A stretch of 57,724 bases of DNA, counting the filler, from Malassezia furfur (lineage: Eukaryota), in NCBI GenBank assembly GCA_052055015.1. It is 2 parts of 2 records of this genome, joined end to end, with 100 filler letters (N's around TTAATTAATTAA, not from the genome) between each part and the next. Parts side by side here need not be neighbours in the genome. Positions count along the whole stretch, not along the records: positions 29,138 to 57,724 come from JBQJIT010000109.1; 1 more part is not named here. The stretch is one strand, 5' to 3'. Position 1 is the first letter of the stretch; each line of letters begins with the position of its first letter. Of this stretch, positions 53,328-57,724 are shown in pieces. The position numbers and the translations under genes were made by a program. The notes beneath the pieces were generated by a model that searched no databases, had not been told where the DNA came from, and saw only the letters and a program-made list of their open reading frames with translations.

Positions 53328-54649
53328 ATGATCCGTGCATACAACCTGTTCCGTTCGCGTGCCTCGATGGCGAACAGCATGCTGCGTGCTGGCCCTGCTG
53401 CCGCTACGCAGAAGCGTTTTCTTTCGATCCACGAGTACCTGTCCATGGGTATGCTGAACAAGTTTGGCATCGACACGCCCAAGTTTATTCCGGCCAAGTC
53501 GCCGGAGGAGGCGTACGAGGCCGCTAAGAAGTTCAATGGCGAGCCCGTCGTGATCAAGGCCCAGGTGCTTGCGGGTGGCCGTGGCAAGGGCCACTTTGAC
53601 AACGGCCTGCAGGGCGGTGTCCACCTCGTGAAGACGTGCGTATTTTTGCCCCCTGTTCCCACTAACGCAGTCCGGAAGAGGTTCGCGACCTCGCCAAGAA
53701 GATGATCGGCTCCAAGCTGATCACCAAGCAGACGGGCGCTGCCGGCCGCATTTGCAATGCCGTCATGATCGCCGAGGCTCGTGCTCCGGCGCACGAGTAC
53801 TACGCCGCGATCCTGAACGACCGTGTTACGCAGCTCCCTGTGCTCATCACTTCGAACCAGGGTGGTATGTCGATTGAGGATGTCGCGAAGGAGAACCCGG
53901 ATGCGATCATCACCACCCCGATCGACTACACCAAGGGCCTCGACCTGAAGGCCGCCGAGGAGGTCGCACACAAGCTCGGCTTCTCCAGCCCTAAGCTCGA
54001 GAAGGAGGCTGCCGAGACGTTTGTGAACCTGTACAAGCTCTTCGACCAGAAGGACGCCACGCAGGTCGAGATCAACCCCCTGGTCGAGACGAAGGACGGC
54101 TCGGTGCTCTGCCTGGACGCCAAGCTCGGCTTTGACGACAACGCCGACTTCCGCCAGGAGGACGTGTTCAAGCTGCGCGACACCACCCAGGAGGATGCGA
54201 GCGAGGTCGAGGCCGGCAAGTACGGCCTGAACTTCATCAAGCTCGACGGCAACATTGGGTGCCTGGTCAACGGTGCCGGTCTCGCGATGGCGACGCTCGA
54301 CGTGCTCTCGCTCAAGGGCGGCAAGCCTGCCAACTTCCTGGACGTCGGCGGTGGTGCGAACGCCGCTGCGGTTAAGAAGGCGTTTGAGCTGCTGCTGCAG
54401 AGCAAGGACGTGCGTGCGATCTTTGTCAACATCTTCGGTGGTATCATGCGCTGCGATATCATCGCCGAGGGCATTATCCAGGCCACTAAGGAGCTGCATC
54501 TCACCATCCCCCTCGTTGTCCGTCTGCAGGGTACCAAGGAGGCTGAGGCCAAGGAGCTCATCAGGAACTCGGGCCTGAAGATCTTTGCTTTTGACCACCT
54601 CGACGAGGCTGCCCAGGCGGCGGTGCAGAAGGCGGAAACGCAGCAGTAA
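53328..54649 (+). CDS. LSC2: Succinyl-CoA ligase beta subunit; intron 53636-53670
   Basis: LSIHEY, KAQVLAGGRGKG, EINPL, GCLVNGAGLAMAT, NIFGGIMRCD. Confidence 0.97.
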
Positions 54650-54727
54650 GCCAAAGTAGGCCAGATTGGTTCATAAACATAGCAACTATTTGCTCAATCA
54701 AAAAATTTTGGCAGCTCAAAGGGAGGC

Positions 54728-54769
54728 GCCGTACGACAGGCGCCGTACGACAGGGGCCGTACGACAGGC
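54728..54769 (+). repeat. 3 x 14-bp tandem repeat GCCGTACGACAGGS
   Basis: Directly visible in the LSC2/MRPS8 convergent spacer. Confidence 0.85.
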
Positions 54770-54808
54770 GTCGGTGCAAGAGGACGCTCCATGCAAGCAT
54801 CCGTGGTA

Positions 54809-55270
54809 TCAGGACACGCGGCAAACCACCTCGCCTGTGAGTTTGCGGCGCATTGCCTCTTTTGCCTCGAACCACCCATCTTTGCCGCAGTCGATGATGC
54901 CAATCTCGCCCGCACGAAGCGGCGTCACAAACTTGGCCCGGCGGCCGGTCACCCAGCGCAAAAGCTCCTCGCTGGTCATCGAGAGCCGACGGGACGGCTT
55001 GCTCACGAGGTTCATGCGTTCAAGGACCGGGCGATCGTCCGAGCGGTACTTCAAATCCACCCACAGCCGCCGCCGCACATCCGGCGCGCTATTCCAGTCG
55101 ACGGCACTCGGACCAGCAATGGTGCCGCGCGTCACGTTGTAAATAAATCCATGTTGCAGGAGAATCGAGGTGATCCACAGATTCGCCTTGGTATTCGCAA
55201 TCGGGACCGACTTCAGCTTCGCGCGCGACGCATTCTGCAGACGCACGCACAGGTCTCCGTACGACGGCAT
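54809..55270 (-). CDS. MRPS8: Mitochondrial ribosomal protein uS8m
   Basis: LQNASRA, GFI, RRLWVDLKY, VSKPSRR, GEVVCRV. Confidence 0.88.
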   Translation of the reverse strand: MPSYGDLCVRLQNASRAKLKSVPIANTKANLWITSILLQHGFIYNVTRGTIAGPSAVDWNSAPDVRRRLWVDLKYRSDDRPVLERMNLVSKPSRRLSMTSEELLRWVTGRRAKFVTPLRAGEIGIIDCGKDGWFEAKEAMRRKLTGEVVCRVS

Positions 55271-55313
55271 CGCGGCGACAGGCAGACGACAACCTTCGTA
55301 TCTGTCACGTGAT

Positions 55314-56186
55314 CTATGTCCGCCGGAAGGCCACAGTCGTGACAGTGGAGCCTTTTTGGCCGCCCTGCGTGAGCGAAGCAACATACAAACATAAACGTCG
55401 GTGCAGGCACGACGTGCTCCACGGCAAAGCCTGCGGGCACAAACTTACGTTCCAGTTCATCCTGGGTAAAATTGCAGCTCGTAATGAAGAAAATGCCAGG
55501 ACGCTCGGACGGCTCCCGGCGCGTCAGTTGCACAACGGCCTCCACGTAGAGATCCACAGGTAGTTTGCCATGCACAGGCTGGGACGAGAGCGCAATCTGA
55601 CGTCAGTACAAAACACACGCACAGCGTCAAACTGGGTCAGTTTATCACACGTACAGTGCCTTTGTCACACACAATGTCCCACCCCTCTCCTGCGTTCGCG
55701 TCTTGCTTGAGGCGCGCGACACGCTCATGATCGCGGAGGTCTGCCTCGTCGAACACAATGGACTCGCATCCATCGCCGCGCTTCTCTGCAATAGCGCGCG
55801 CAAGATCAATCGAGGCGGACGAATAGTCTACTCCGCACAACCGCCGAGGATCGAGCGCATCGCTCGGCAGTTCTTCCTGTGCCTCAAGGAGCGAGAACAG
55901 AAGGTGTCCATTTCCTGTTCCCAAATCCAGCACATAGGGGGCATGCTGGAAGGGATTGTCCTCCAGTAGCTCGACCAGATACGCGATCATGCGCTCGACA
56001 CTGTCTTCGCCAAACCCAAGTCAGACCCAAGAACCTTACCAGACCTCGCCCTCATCGCCAATTTCCTTGTACGTGTCGATCTCACGACTTTATTAGGTTC
56101 ATAACGTACGCGTACACGCGGTCCCAATGTTCTTTGGTCCCCAACTGCGACTCGGGAAGCTCCTCAACTGCACCAGGATCGATCAT
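55314..56186 (-). CDS. EFM4: eEF1A lysine methyltransferase Efm4/See1; introns 56088-56109, 56016-56039 (GT..GG), 55632-55654, 55597-55622, 55365-55386
   Basis: SQLGTKEHWD, GDEGEVW|FGE, LDLGTGNGHLL, GVDYS, DKGT|FDA|IAL, ITSCNFT, F|GGQKGS. Confidence 0.9.
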
Positions 56187-56218
56187 GGACAAAATTTCCA
56201 ACACACCTCCACACTTCG

Positions 56219-57314
56219 ATGGCCCCTCCGCATACGTTCCTGGACGTGCCGTATCGTGACGGGGCATGCGCACGCCAGTCACTGGATCTCTTCCTCCCAA
56301 GCACAGCATCAGACACGCACCCTGCTACGCTCCTGGTATTTGTGCATGGGTATGTATCTGGTCTCATGCAGGGGTGCCTGGCGTACCGGTGACAAGAAGG
56401 AATTTCATGACTTGGCGGATGGTCTGACCCATGCAGAAAACATGGCAGTTGCATTGATTGAGTATCGACTGTCTACGAAGGATGCACCTGAAATCCAGCA
56501 CCCAGATCATATTCTGGATGTGTACGATGCATTGCGTTTTCTCGTGCAGAATACACAGAAGTATCCCTACGACGCACAGCGCATTGTGTTGGTGGGCCAC
56601 TCGGTTGGTGCTTGGATGGCTTTGGCATCAGTAATGGAGCCCGATGCATCGGTAACTCTGCCGCAGGGTGCACTTACTATGCCTGTTCTCGATGCTTCTG
56701 TGCGATCCGCCATTGATACGATCGTGCTTGTGGTACGCATGACGCATCTGACTCCAGGATGGAATCTTCGATGTGGAAGCAATGCTGGAAGAATACCCGG
56801 AGTATCATGGATTTGTATCGAACGCTCTACGGACATCCCCGACTGAGCCTATCGTGTATCGTGGGGTGTCGAGTCGGGCATGGAAGTGGACGGAAGATGC
56901 ACGAAAGCGCGTCAAGGTGTTTGTTCTACACTCCCCCGAAGACGAGCTGCTCAGCATCGCACAGCCGTGTGCTGTGCTGGAGCGCTTCGCCCAGCTTCGG
57001 TGCTCAGATGAGACAGTTCAGGAAATCCAGATTCCCGTCCCCAAGGACAGCTCGGTCTCATCGGCATACAGCTATCGAGGGAACCGCGCCGAGCCGCCCG
57101 TTGCGAAGATATTTCACAACACCCTGCACGGTATCCCGAGCGCCATCCAGCTGGACTGGGTGCATCTTACGGTACGTATACAATGGCCAGCGAACGTATA
57201 CTGACAAGATCTGCGCAGGGCACGCATGATGCGCTGTTGCACACCGATGTCTTTCGGAACATGCTTTCTGCACTAGCACACCGCGATCCTACGCAAGGGG
57301 AACGCGCGCAGTGA
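56219..57314 (+). CDS. BNA7: Alpha/beta hydrolase, kynurenine formamidase-like; introns 56350-56371, 56733-56757, 57172-57218
   Basis: VFVHG|GAWR, EYRLS, HPDHILDV, GHSVG, DGIFD, HSPEDEL, GTHD. Confidence 0.72.
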
Positions 57315-57501
57315 GATGCGGCCAATCCGTCGGTCCATGAAACATAGGTCGTTGCGAGACCTATAGGGGATAGGCTATAATATTGCTCGCCCAGGGCAAC
57401 ATGTCAAGAATATAGGTGACCGTCCATTGAAACGGCATTTTTTTGATCTTTGGCGGGAAGAAACGAATGCGAAACGGCAATTCGTATGAGGCGCCAGTCG
57501 T

Positions 57502-57724
57502 TTACGCCTTGCGACGGAACGAGCAGCCTGGTGTGTAAGTAAGGGGAGGAAGACGGAGTACATACCGACAGCGAGACGGGCCTTACCACCGGTGGGCTGG
57601 CTCAGGACCTGGGCGCAGCTGCCGCAGAGGACAACCGACTGGGCGTGCGAGAAGACAGTGGTGATGGCAAAGCAGCCAGGGCACTTCACGTCCATGAAGA
57701 ACGAGTTGGGGTTCTGGACCACGC
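57502..57724 (-). CDS. RPS27: 40S ribosomal protein eS27, 5' end outside window; intron 57528-57565
   Basis: [36 protein letters not shown]. Confidence 0.96.

Overview
Gene-dense, GC-rich eukaryotic (fungal) DNA, most consistent with a Malassezia-like basidiomycete. This is inferred from the housekeeping gene set, tiny intergenic spacers and GTACGT...CTRAC..YAG introns. About 38 protein-coding genes, one intron-containing tRNA-Leu(AAG) and two assembly gaps are present; one gap is an artificial N44-TTAATTAATTAA-N44 contig linker. No mobile element or CRISPR array was found. Main observations: (1) 48 hand-resolved spliceosomal introns, 40 of them only 21-27 nt (mode 22 nt); (2) an RNase H-fold protein with all four catalytic carboxylates substituted, fused to a long acidic repeat region; (3) an obligatory intron in EFM4 that appears to end in GG rather than AG, next to a 9-nt micro-exon; (4) a ~310-nt structured H/ACA-like RNA candidate with a plausible LSU rRNA guide pocket, and a second structured element upstream of the acyl-CoA dehydrogenase gene; (5) two genes (MSS116-like, JSN1-like) in which part of the same protein appears on the opposite strand, probably inversion or misassembly. 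All family assignments come from recognised motifs, not database searches.
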